The position numbers were made by a program, and so were the translations under genes. This document shows positions 41,639 through 49,921 of a stretch of DNA of 64,000 nt, one piece after another. The stretch comes from an uncultured Nitrospiraceae bacterium (GTDB lineage: Bacteria > Nitrospirota > Thermodesulfovibrionia > Thermodesulfovibrionales > Dissulfurispiraceae): positions 32,001-96,000 of the forward strand of contig CAVPIW010000012.1 in the NCBI GenBank assembly GCA_963705105.1, read 5' to 3'. Below the pieces are notes generated by a model. The model did no database searches, was not told the origin of the DNA, and saw only the letters and a list, made by a program, of their open reading frames with translations. Each line of letters starts with the position of its first letter. Position 1 is the stretch's first letter.

Positions 41639-44272
41639 TCATTCGCCAAACCTGCGGTAAAACCAGGTCTTCATCAACTGAGTCAGGATCACATAACACA
41701 CTAATATGCCTGCCAGTAGCAACCAGTACAGGGGTGGAAGCGGGACAAGCCCGAGCGTGCCGGCCAGGGGCGAAACCGTCAGCCAGGCGCCCACCGCGAC
41801 GATGATTACCGAAGTGAGGATGAGTGGCCAACTGGCCCGGCTCTGGAGAAACGGGATCTTGTTGGTGCGGATGACGTGAATGATCAGCGTCTGAGTAAAG
41901 AGCGACTCAACGAACCAGCCGGTTTGGAACAGGGCCGGGTTGTGCCAGCAATTGAACACGTACAACATCATGAAGAATGTCAGGTAATCGAAGATCGAAC
42001 TGATCGGCCCGATAAACAGAATAAAACGCAGGATCCTGTCAATCTCCCACTTGCGCGGCTTGGTCAGCCAATCGGCATCCACCTGGTCGGTGGGGATAGT
42101 GGTCTGCGAGAAGTCGTAGAGGAGGTTGTTGGTCAGCACCTGGATCGGCCGCATGGGGAGGAAGGGCAGGAACGCGCTGGCCCCCACGACACTGAACATG
42201 TTGCCAAAGTTGGAGCTCGCTGCCATCTTGATGTACTTCACGATGTTGCCGAACACTCGCCGGCCTTCCAGCACGCCCTGCTCCAGTATCAGCAGGCTGT
42301 TTTCCAACAGGATGATGTCGGATGACTCCTTAGCGATGTCCACTGCGGTGTCCACCGAGATGCCTACATCGGCGGCCTTCAGGGCAGGGGCGTCGTTGAT
42401 GCCGTCGCCCATGAATCCCAACACGTGGCCCTTACTCTGGAGCGCGCGGATTATGTGTTCCTTGTGGGCCGGGGCCAGCCGGGCAAAGACGCTGGTCACG
42501 CCGGCAGCCTCGGCCAGTTCAGTTTCACTCATAGCCTCAATTTGAGAGCCGAGCAAGAGATGCTCTGCCGGGATGCCCACTTCCCTGCAGATGTAGGCGG
42601 TGATGATCTCATTATCGCCGGTCAGGATCTTGACGTCCACGTTCAGGCCGTGGAGCCGCTTCAAGGCCTCCGTAGCGGTGTCTTTGGGCGGGTCAAGGAA
42701 GGCCAGGAAACCCAGCAGGATCAGGTCCGACTCATCCTTGACCGAGTAGGTGGGCTCATCCGTCGCCCCTGGCATTTGCTTGTAGGCCAGCGCGATCACG
42801 CGGAATCCCTGACCGTTCAGGTCGTCCGCCAACTGCCGGCGTTTGGCGTCGTGCTCGGGCAGGACCTCAATGACCTCTCCCTTGACTTCCACCCGGGTGC
42901 ACAGGCCCAGCACTTCTTCGACGGCGCCCTTGCAGATCAGGGTGTTCAATCCGGTCGTGTCTTCCACGACCACCGACATGCGGCGCCTTACGAAATCGAA
43001 GGGGATCTCATCGATCTTTCGGTATTTTTCTTTCGCCTTAAGGCGTTCTTCCAGTTCCTCATGGGCGAGGATCGCCTCGTCGAGCAGGTTCTTCAGCCCG
43101 GTATGGTGATAGCTGTTAAGGTAACCGTATTGGAGCACCTTTTCGCTGGGATCGCCGTGTGCGTCCAGATGCTTTTCGAGCACGATCTTGCCCTGGGTGA
43201 TCGTGCCGGTTTTATCGGTGCACAGTACGTCCATCGCTCCGAAGTTCTGGATGGCGTTCAGGCGTTTGACGATCACTTTCATGCGCGCCATCGCCAGGGC
43301 GCCCTTGGAAAGGTTGACCGTTACGATCATGGGCAGCATCTCGGGGGTCAGTCCGACTGCCACTGCCATCGCAAACAGGAAAGCTTCCAACCAGTTGTGC
43401 TTGCTCAGTCCGTTGATAAGGAAAACCGCCGGAACCATTACGGCAATGAAACGGATCATCAGCCAGGTGAACCGGTTTACTCCTTTATCGAAGCTGGTCA
43501 ACTGACGCTGCCCGACGATGCTGGAGGCCAGCGATCCAAAGTAAGTCTTGTCTCCTGTGTGGATGACCACGGCCGTCGCGGAGCCGCTCTCCACGTTGGA
43601 GCCGAGGAAGCAGAGGTTGGGCAGATCGAGCGGGTTCTGAACGTCCGTTGGTGCAGGGTTGGCTTTGCGCTCCACGGGCAAGGATTCGCCGGTGAGCGCC
43701 GCCTGGTTCAGGAACAAGTCCTTGGCGGCGAGCACCCGTACGTCGGCGGGGACCATATCACCGGCGGCCAGCCGGATGATGTCGCCCGGCACCAGCATCT
43801 TGAGAGGTACTTCGGCTTCCTTGCCATCGCGCACCAACGTCGCCGTGTTGCTGACCATCGCTTTGAGCTTTTCAGCGGCGTTGTCGGCTCGCATCTCCTG
43901 AAAGAAACGCAACACCACGCCCAGAACCACCATCACGAAAATGACCAGTGTCGCCCGCAGGTCACCAGTCAGAAAAGAAAGCACGCCGAGGGCCGTGAGC
44001 AGGATGACCAATGGATTCTTGACATTACCCAGGAGGCGTATCAGGGCCGATTGACGCTTCTCGCGGGCAATCTCGTTCAGCCCGTACTGCTTCAAGCGCG
44101 AATCGGCTTCCGCCTGGCTCAAGCCGTCTAATTGCGATTCAAGCTCCCTCAGGACGGTCTCCGTATCGGTGCGCGCCTTTTCCAGCAATTGATCGGAAAC
44201 ATGCGCCCCGTTCCAGCCCGTGAGATTACCTGGGCGGTGAGATGGACTCATGGTGGTTGTTGGCAAAGCCAT
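41639..44272 (-). CDS. mgtA: Magnesium-translocating P-type ATPase
   Basis: TGES, AVGLTPEMLPMIV, CTDKTGT, PFDFVRRRMSVVV, GDGINDAPAL, SSNFGN. Confidence 0.93.
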   Translation of the reverse strand: MALPTTTMSPSHRPGNLTGWNGAHVSDQLLEKARTDTETVLRELESQLDGLSQAEADSRLKQYGLNEIAREKRQSALIRLLGNVKNPLVILLTALGVLSFLTGDLRATLVIFVMVVLGVVLRFFQEMRADNAAEKLKAMVSNTATLVRDGKEAEVPLKMLVPGDIIRLAAGDMVPADVRVLAAKDLFLNQAALTGESLPVERKANPAPTDVQNPLDLPNLCFLGSNVESGSATAVVIHTGDKTYFGSLASSIVGQRQLTSFDKGVNRFTWLMIRFIAVMVPAVFLINGLSKHNWLEAFLFAMAVAVGLTPEMLPMIVTVNLSKGALAMARMKVIVKRLNAIQNFGAMDVLCTDKTGTITQGKIVLEKHLDAHGDPSEKVLQYGYLNSYHHTGLKNLLDEAILAHEELEERLKAKEKYRKIDEIPFDFVRRRMSVVVEDTTGLNTLICKGAVEEVLGLCTRVEVKGEVIEVLPEHDAKRRQLADDLNGQGFRVIALAYKQMPGATDEPTYSVKDESDLILLGFLAFLDPPKDTATEALKRLHGLNVDVKILTGDNEIITAYICREVGIPAEHLLLGSQIEAMSETELAEAAGVTSVFARLAPAHKEHIIRALQSKGHVLGFMGDGINDAPALKAADVGISVDTAVDIAKESSDIILLENSLLILEQGVLEGRRVFGNIVKYIKMAASSNFGNMFSVVGASAFLPFLPMRPIQVLTNNLLYDFSQTTIPTDQVDADWLTKPRKWEIDRILRFILFIGPISSIFDYLTFFMMLYVFNCWHNPALFQTGWFVESLFTQTLIIHVIRTNKIPFLQSRASWPLILTSVIIVAVGAWLTVSPLAGTLGLVPLPPLYWLLLAGILVCYVILTQLMKTWFYRRFGE

Positions 44273-44468
44273 TCACACCTCTGCTGTCTACTCGACCGAG
44301 ATAATTCAACAATAATAACTATTATGGACAGCGACCAATTAATCCCTGGTCTGAGATAGGCGGAGATCACGCGCTTCCCCTCACGGAAACGGTAGCTGTC
44401 CCTGTTTTCGAAACCGTCCCTGTTTTCGAAACCCTGAAGAACAGGTGCGTCAATCGTGTCCGCCCCCA

Positions 44469-45413
44469 TCAGGGGATCACTGCCGGAATCTTTGCCGGGT
44501 CATCAAGCAGGAACTCCGGATTGATGCGGGCGTTGTGCCAGCGGATCCCGAAGAACAAATGTGGCCCGGTGGAGCGGCCTGTCGTTCCGACAAGGCCGAT
44601 TATGTCGCCTTTCTTGACCTCCTGCCCAGCGGCCACCTTGATTTCGGAAAGGTGGAAGTACATCGTGATCAGGTTGTCGCCGTGATTGATGAACACGGCA
44701 TTGCCCGGGAAGAAAAGATCCTGGGCAACCACTACTTTCCCGTCGGCAACGGCAAGAATGTGCGAACCCGGAGGTGTGGCGTAGTCAGCCCCCATGTGAG
44801 GCTGGGCGGCCGGCTTGCCATTGAAGATCCGCTTCGCGCCGAAGTCCCGTCCTTTGGGTAGCGGGTTGGCCGGCGCCCCGAGGGGCAGCGTAAACTGCGC
44901 TGGTCCTTTTGATCTTTTCCAGATTTTGGCGAGCATTTTCCCCTCTCGAGAGGCCCGTTTCAGGTCGGCCGCCGAGGGGTTGGCTTGCGGAATATCGCCG
45001 AGCTCGATCTCCTGGGTAGGGTACGAGAAGGGTTGCACGGAAATGTAAGCGGACTCGGTTCGCTTGCCGTGGCCCTTTCGAGTAACCTTGACGCGACCCG
45101 GCTTATGCAGCACATCGATGGGGTAATAGCAGGTTTCCTCCAATGCAGGCCACGTTTGCCCACCCATGCCGCAGCGGGTCGTGCCCGGGGCCGACCAACG
45201 GACGACGGTGCCCGGCTCCACCGAGAGCGTGGCTACATCCTTAGTCTCGGCCGCTGCCAGATACGGACTCGGAATCATGCAGGCGAAAACCACCCCGGCA
45301 ACACCCAGGATACAGCGAATTGAAACGACCTGCGTAAGCGAATCCCTCGCATAACCGCTGAGGATGGCTGACCAACGGAGCATCACAAGAGTCACACCGA
45401 TCATCGATACCAT
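44469..45413 (-). CDS. M23-family metallopeptidase
   Basis: HMGAD (HxxxD), YFHLS, GTTGRSTGPHLF (HxH variant). Confidence 0.85.
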   Translation of the reverse strand: MVSMIGVTLVMLRWSAILSGYARDSLTQVVSIRCILGVAGVVFACMIPSPYLAAAETKDVATLSVEPGTVVRWSAPGTTRCGMGGQTWPALEETCYYPIDVLHKPGRVKVTRKGHGKRTESAYISVQPFSYPTQEIELGDIPQANPSAADLKRASREGKMLAKIWKRSKGPAQFTLPLGAPANPLPKGRDFGAKRIFNGKPAAQPHMGADYATPPGSHILAVADGKVVVAQDLFFPGNAVFINHGDNLITMYFHLSEIKVAAGQEVKKGDIIGLVGTTGRSTGPHLFFGIRWHNARINPEFLLDDPAKIPAVIP

Positions 45414-45509
45414 ATGAACCTCCTGTTTGAATTAAATTGATAAGGCAGTTGCTTTAAGGAATGACTCCTCGCCGCATCTGCAATCCAGCCCGGCGTTGCA
45501 GTCGACTCT

Positions 45510-45902
45510 CTATTCCGTCGTTTTGCCGTCGAAATGTTCGTTGTCCTTCTCCGCTTCTGCGCGTGTATGATGAACAACGCCGTCCCGATGATTCGGCGGC
45601 GCATAAAGTGTGTAGAGCTTCAGTGGAACACTGCCGGTGTTAATGATGTTGTGATTCGTCCCCGCCGGGACGACTACCGCGAAGCCCGCGCTGATCACCG
45701 TGCGAACACCATCGAGAACGGCCTCGCCCGTGCCTTCCTCCACGCGAAAGAATTGATCGAGCTTGTGGACTTCCATCCCGATCTCCTCCTTGGGCTTCAA
45801 CGCCATGACAACGAGTTGACAGTACCCGGCCGTGTAAAGCACCCGGCGAAAATCTTCATTCCCAACGGTGATGCCCTCGATGTTTTGCACATAACCTTTC
45901 AT
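45510..45902 (-). CDS. Cupin domain protein
   Basis: FRRVLYT..QLVVM..EIGMEVH..DQFFRVEEG..VPAGTNHN..LKLYTLYAPPNH. Confidence 0.9.
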   Translation of the reverse strand: MKGYVQNIEGITVGNEDFRRVLYTAGYCQLVVMALKPKEEIGMEVHKLDQFFRVEEGTGEAVLDGVRTVISAGFAVVVPAGTNHNIINTGSVPLKLYTLYAPPNHRDGVVHHTRAEAEKDNEHFDGKTTE

Positions 45903-46018
45903 GACAACTCCTCCAGTCGACGACTTTAACATCGTCGTCGTTAGATTGCCTCAAAGAAGAGGCGCTTTGTTTATGACGCCCAACGCGGCGACTCTTTAGC
46001 GACGCCGGCAAAGCGACC

Positions 46019-46180
46019 TCAGGTTTTAAGGAACGTCAGCAGGTCGGCGTTGAGCTGGTCTTTATGGGTGTATGCGAGGCCGTGGGGTGCGCCCGGGTAA
46101 ATCCTTAGGGTCGCATTCTTGACCAGCTTTGATGAGCGGAGAGCCGCGGCGCCAATCGGCACGATCTGGTCGTCGTCGCC
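46019..46180 (-). pseudogene. 3' fragment of non-heme chloroperoxidase/alpha-beta hydrolase
   Basis: GDDDQIVPI...[26 protein letters not shown]-terminus missing. Confidence 0.8.
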
Positions 46181-46283
46181 CGCTACCGTGGCGACCATCG
46201 AGTCCGCTTCCTGCGATGTGCAACCACAGTTCCGTGTCATGGCCTTCGCAGAACTGACCCATCGAGAGAGCCTCAGAGATATC
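46175..46283 (+). mobile_element. IS4-family transposase N-terminal (DUF4372-like) fragment
   Basis: [11 protein letters not shown], frameshift, then [19 protein letters not shown]. Confidence 0.7.
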
Positions 46284-46298
46284 GTCAGCCGAAACGAC

Positions 46299-46673
46299 TT
46301 AAGGCAATGGTTGCATTGTGACATCGAGGTGAACCGTCGTGGTCAACTGTGGCGTTCTTAGAATATCGGTCTGCGTGGCGAATGTGGCCAGGCTGAATGT
46401 AAAGAAGTAATCTTTACCAGCAGTCCCCGTGAAAGTCAGTTGGCCGGATGCTGAGGTAGTTCCGACGTTGGTAAATGTCCCTGTCCCGGCAGTTTCTCTT
46501 ACTTGAACGATCACCCCCGGCAGCGGCGCACCGCTGCTGTTTGTAACGGTAATGGCGACGTCACCCTGGTTCCTGATCACTTGTTCGGTGTCACCGCCGC
46601 CGCATGCACCAATCAGTAAGCAAGCGATAATAAGTAATGACCAAGTAGTTCTTATTTTTATCATGGTTTTCAT
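46299..46673 (-). CDS. Lipoprotein with carboxypeptidase-regulatory-like beta-sandwich
   Basis: Lipobox [18 protein letters not shown]...TTSASG; RBS AAGGAGG. Confidence 0.7.
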   Translation of the reverse strand: MKTMIKIRTTWSLLIIACLLIGACGGGDTEQVIRNQGDVAITVTNSSGAPLPGVIVQVRETAGTGTFTNVGTTSASGQLTFTGTAGKDYFFTFSLATFATQTDILRTPQLTTTVHLDVTMQPLP

Positions 46674-46819
46674 AACGTCCTCCTTCGTTGCTCTGGGATG
46701 ATTAATTATTTCCATTGCGTATGGCCTTCTTTGCACTGAGCCCAGCAGCGCAAGCGGTATCGATCTTTCGCTCTTTGCGTTGCCGGCTTAGGGATCTGGT
46801 GGCGAGTAGTCCATCGTCG

Positions 46820-46999
46820 CTACTTTCCCAGAACCTTCTTGACTTGGCCGATCTTTTCCTGCGCTTTGCCGGTTATCTTTTCGGCTTTGCCTTCGGCCTC
46901 CAACTCGGGATTATCGGTGAGTTTCCCGGCCATCTCCTTGACCTTACCCTTCGCTTCGTGAAACGTGCCTTTGACTTTGTCCTTCGTGCTGGACTTCAT
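46820..46999 (-). CDS. CsbD-family stress protein, copy 2
   Basis: Same sequence as 33391-33570. Confidence 0.88.
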   Translation of the reverse strand: MKSSTKDKVKGTFHEAKGKVKEMAGKLTDNPELEAEGKAEKITGKAQEKIGQVKKVLGK

Positions 47000-47088
47000 G
47001 GTATTCCCCCCTTTTGGATTTCGACGTGACTGCTGCGGTCACGACAAAACAACGTCCTCCCTTTCTCTGCTTCTGTCTTTATGGGTGC

Positions 47089-47169
47089 CTAACGTCTACT
47101 CCACCAGAATCCACCACCGCCGAAGATCACAAGCAAAAGGATGACGATGAGTATTGTTTCCATGCTCAT
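47089..47169 (-). CDS. 26-aa single-TM microprotein, copy 2
   Basis: Same sequence as 33660-33740. Confidence 0.7.
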   Translation of the reverse strand: MSMETILIVILLLVIFGGGGFWWSRR

Positions 47170-47215
47170 GGCTGCTCTCCTTTGTCTCTGAACGTTTACT
47201 CCCTACTGTACAAAG

Positions 47216-47230
47216 GCATAAGCTGTGCCA
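47216..47230 (-). promoter_or_regulatory. Sigma-54 promoter TGGCACAGCTTATGC, copy 2
   Basis: GG-N10-GC. Confidence 0.75.
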
Positions 47231-47330
47231 AGACCAGTGCTGAAAGAAAGGGTTCTCCAAGGCATTGAAATGATGGGAACTCCCAGGGAGTGCTCCGACG
47301 GGGGAATGACACTGCGGAAGGTGCCGACTT

Positions 47331-47361
47331 CCGATATATCAGGAGTCTCCTGATATATCAG
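47331..47361. promoter_or_regulatory. 31-bp double palindrome, candidate upstream activator site
   Basis: CCGATATATCAG-GAGTCTC-CTGATATATCAG. Confidence 0.7.
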
Positions 47362-47615
47362 GTATTCCTCTTGCTCCTTTGGATGCCCAGTCTTTGCATC
47401 CTCGACTCTGAGTCTGACATCAACCCTTCACGGACCGGGGGCAGCCCAGGCGCTCAAATTCGCCGCTCTCCGGCACGCGAAGCAGCTTGGCCCGGAGGTC
47501 CAGCGGCAGGGCGTCGATATCATCCAGAAATATCGTTGAGGTGTCTGCAAGCTCAAAGCGGCCTATTTGCTTCGACGAGGAGCCGGAAAAACGCCCCCTT
47601 CTCGCGGCCGAACAT
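47358..47615 (-). pseudogene. Decayed sigma-54 activator (FhlA/NtrC-like AAA+ core + HTH tail, internally deleted)
   Basis: FGREKGAF/SGSSSKQIGRFELADTSTIFLDDIDALPLDLRAKLLRVPESGEFERLG..VK/VDVR joined to ESRMQRLGIQR*. Confidence 0.8.
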
Positions 47616-47876
47616 TATTCTTTAGCTGCCGACTGTATTTTTTCACATTATCGAAAAAGAGAGGATGAGTCAAGAAAAAAGGCAGGTTTTGAGGCTTAAG
47701 CAGCCGTCTTATATTACCGAAAAGGTATGTTATGCGGTCACTTCATAATAACAAGAATCTATTATTCCAGAACATTCCGTCCTTACGTCCACTCATTCCG
47801 ATGGAACTATGCACCATCGAGAGTCCGTCATCCAGTGCGGCACTCTCGGAAGAAGTCGGTGGAAATACGCCTGTCG

Positions 47877-49701
47877 CTATCGCGGCGGGCGGCGCGCCTC
47901 GCCGAACCAGGGGCGATATTCTTCCATGCGTCGGCGCTGTTCGGCCGGGGCACTGCGGACGCAGGTGGCAAATTCCGGCGTGCCGGGCACGGCGCCCCAG
48001 CGGCGTTCCACGCAGTCGTTGGGATTGTAAGCGATTTCCAGTCCGGACCGTCGCTCGTAGATTTCGCCCAGGCTCAGGCGCCAGGGGCTGCCGTCGCTGC
48101 GGGCGTAGGTGATGAAACGGTCCTTGAGGCGCTCCCCGTGGAGCTTTTCGACGAGCGCCGCTGCTGCTTCCGGGTTTTCGCCGTTCAGCAGGTAGAGCTC
48201 CGGATAGCGGCGGATACGCTCTGGGACGCCGGCCAGCACCTTCAGGGCGATCAGGATGCGCATGTCCCGCGAGGGAGTGGCGTAGTCCTCCCACGGACCG
48301 GAGGTCTCGAAGATAGCCGGTCCGCGCGGCATCGGCACGACCGTCCCGGCATGGGCGCGCACGTAACTCTCACCGTTGTCCACGGAGCGTACCCGCGTTT
48401 TCAGCTGTTCCATCAGCGCCTCCAAGGCAGCGGAATAGGCGGCTTCAGGGTCCAGCCCGTGCGGGTTGATGAGGCTCTCCACGCGGGCGTAGAAGGCTTC
48501 GGGCGTGAGGTCTGCCTGCTCGGTCGAATAAAGGGGATGCCCGGAGCCCTCGGCAAAGGCGCTGTTGGGCGCGGGGCGCCAGACTCTCCTGGCACCGTCG
48601 TAGAGCGGCACGCGGTAGGCCTTGAAGCCGGGGCCGGCGCTCGGGGTCCGGGCGAAGAGGAAGGTCCCTTCCCAAAAGCGCTTGCGGGCGACCGAGTTGT
48701 CGGGCTGGGCATCGACGGCGAGCAGCAGGCCGGTGCGCCTGTCAGTCTGCGGCACCCACTTGACGATGATGAGAGTGTGGCCGTAGGGGTCGGCGTAGAC
48801 GGTGCCGGGCCACAGGGAGGTCCGATCCAGCGCGACCGGGTAGAAGTCGCCGGCCTCGTCGCTCAGCGCCATGCGGCCGCCGCCCGAGTTCACCAGCTCC
48901 ATAAATCGTTGACTGACCTGTCGGAAGGTGGACTGGGCGGCGAAAGTACCGACAAAGCTGCGGTCGATCTCCGCAGCATCGCAGCGCGGCGCGCTGGTCG
49001 GGCTCCCGCGGTTACAGGCTCGATAGCTGACTGGCAGACCCAGTTTCCAGGCAAAGTAGCCGCGCAGGAAATAAGAGAGGTCGGCGCAGTCGGGCTCGGC
49101 GGGTAATCGGGTGTCTTCCCCTTTGCGCAGAAAATCGTACAGGAAGTTGCGGTGCCGATCGCGCAGCACCGGTTCGAGAGACGGGAAATTCAACGCTGCC
49201 TCGGGCGGAGCGTCGAAGAGGTGTTCCACCCAGACCGCATAGAGCGCCTGGGTGGCCGGGTCCCACTTGCCGCTGCCGCGCTCGCCCGGTCTGCCGCCGA
49301 CATCGACCTCGCTGCATGCCGTCACCCGTCCTGCCCGTTGCGCCTCGACGCGGTAGCGACCGGCTGCCGGTGCGGCAAGTGACGGCCCGCAGGCTCCACG
49401 GCGGGCCGCCGCCTTTGACGGCTTGCAGTCCGCTGCGGCGCCCCTCAGGGTCGGTGACCAGCAGTCCGGACAACTCACCGTCGGTGGCCACCGCCACGAT
49501 CTCCAGCTTCTCCCCTGGCCGCGCGACCAGAGGTGCGCTCCAGATCCGGACAGCATCCCCCTGGCCGCAGGTGGACGAAGCCCAAACGCCGTCGGCAAGC
49601 GCCAAAACCAACAGCAAAAGTATCACCGATGCGATCGCGCCGTTGCGTCCGGCGATCTCAGCAATAGTTCTCAGAGCGGGGACAGTCGGCGGCATCAGCA
49701 A
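47877..49701 (-). pseudogene. Frameshifted secreted hypothetical protein (split near 49380)
   Basis: ORF 49012-49701 supplies the signal peptide and N-terminus up to GGGPPWSLR; ORF 47877-49598 continues SLAAPAAG...DCADLSYFLRGYFAWK. Confidence 0.65.
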
Positions 49702-49921
49702 TTCATTCCCTCCGGGCAGGCGCTCAAACGTCTGTGGTGGATGAGGAGCGGCGGCATTTTGCTTCTACCCTCATCCAAATAATACCAGAGATCCCGTCTT
49801 TTATAACTCGTGTCTTTTTACAACTTTCTGCAATAGCAATCAGAGCTATGTAATGGTAAACTCTAAGGTAGAAGTCATTAACGCTCAAACCATGTCGAAC
49901 GTATCAGGAAGGAGGCAGGTT

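Larger units (their letters stand above)
46820..47496. repeat. ~677-bp direct repeat, copy 2
   Basis: Matches 33391-34067. Confidence 0.95.

Noticed and set aside
44280..44465. Mg2+ (M-box) riboswitch or MgtL-type leader upstream of mgtA
   Set aside because: No recognisable conserved M-box segments and no Pro-rich leader ORF.
45925..46015. Second attC candidate (GTTGGGC and ATCTAAC on the minus strand upstream of the cupin gene)
   Set aside because: Core-site heptamers are present but there are no paired L boxes or correct spacing; at most a relic.
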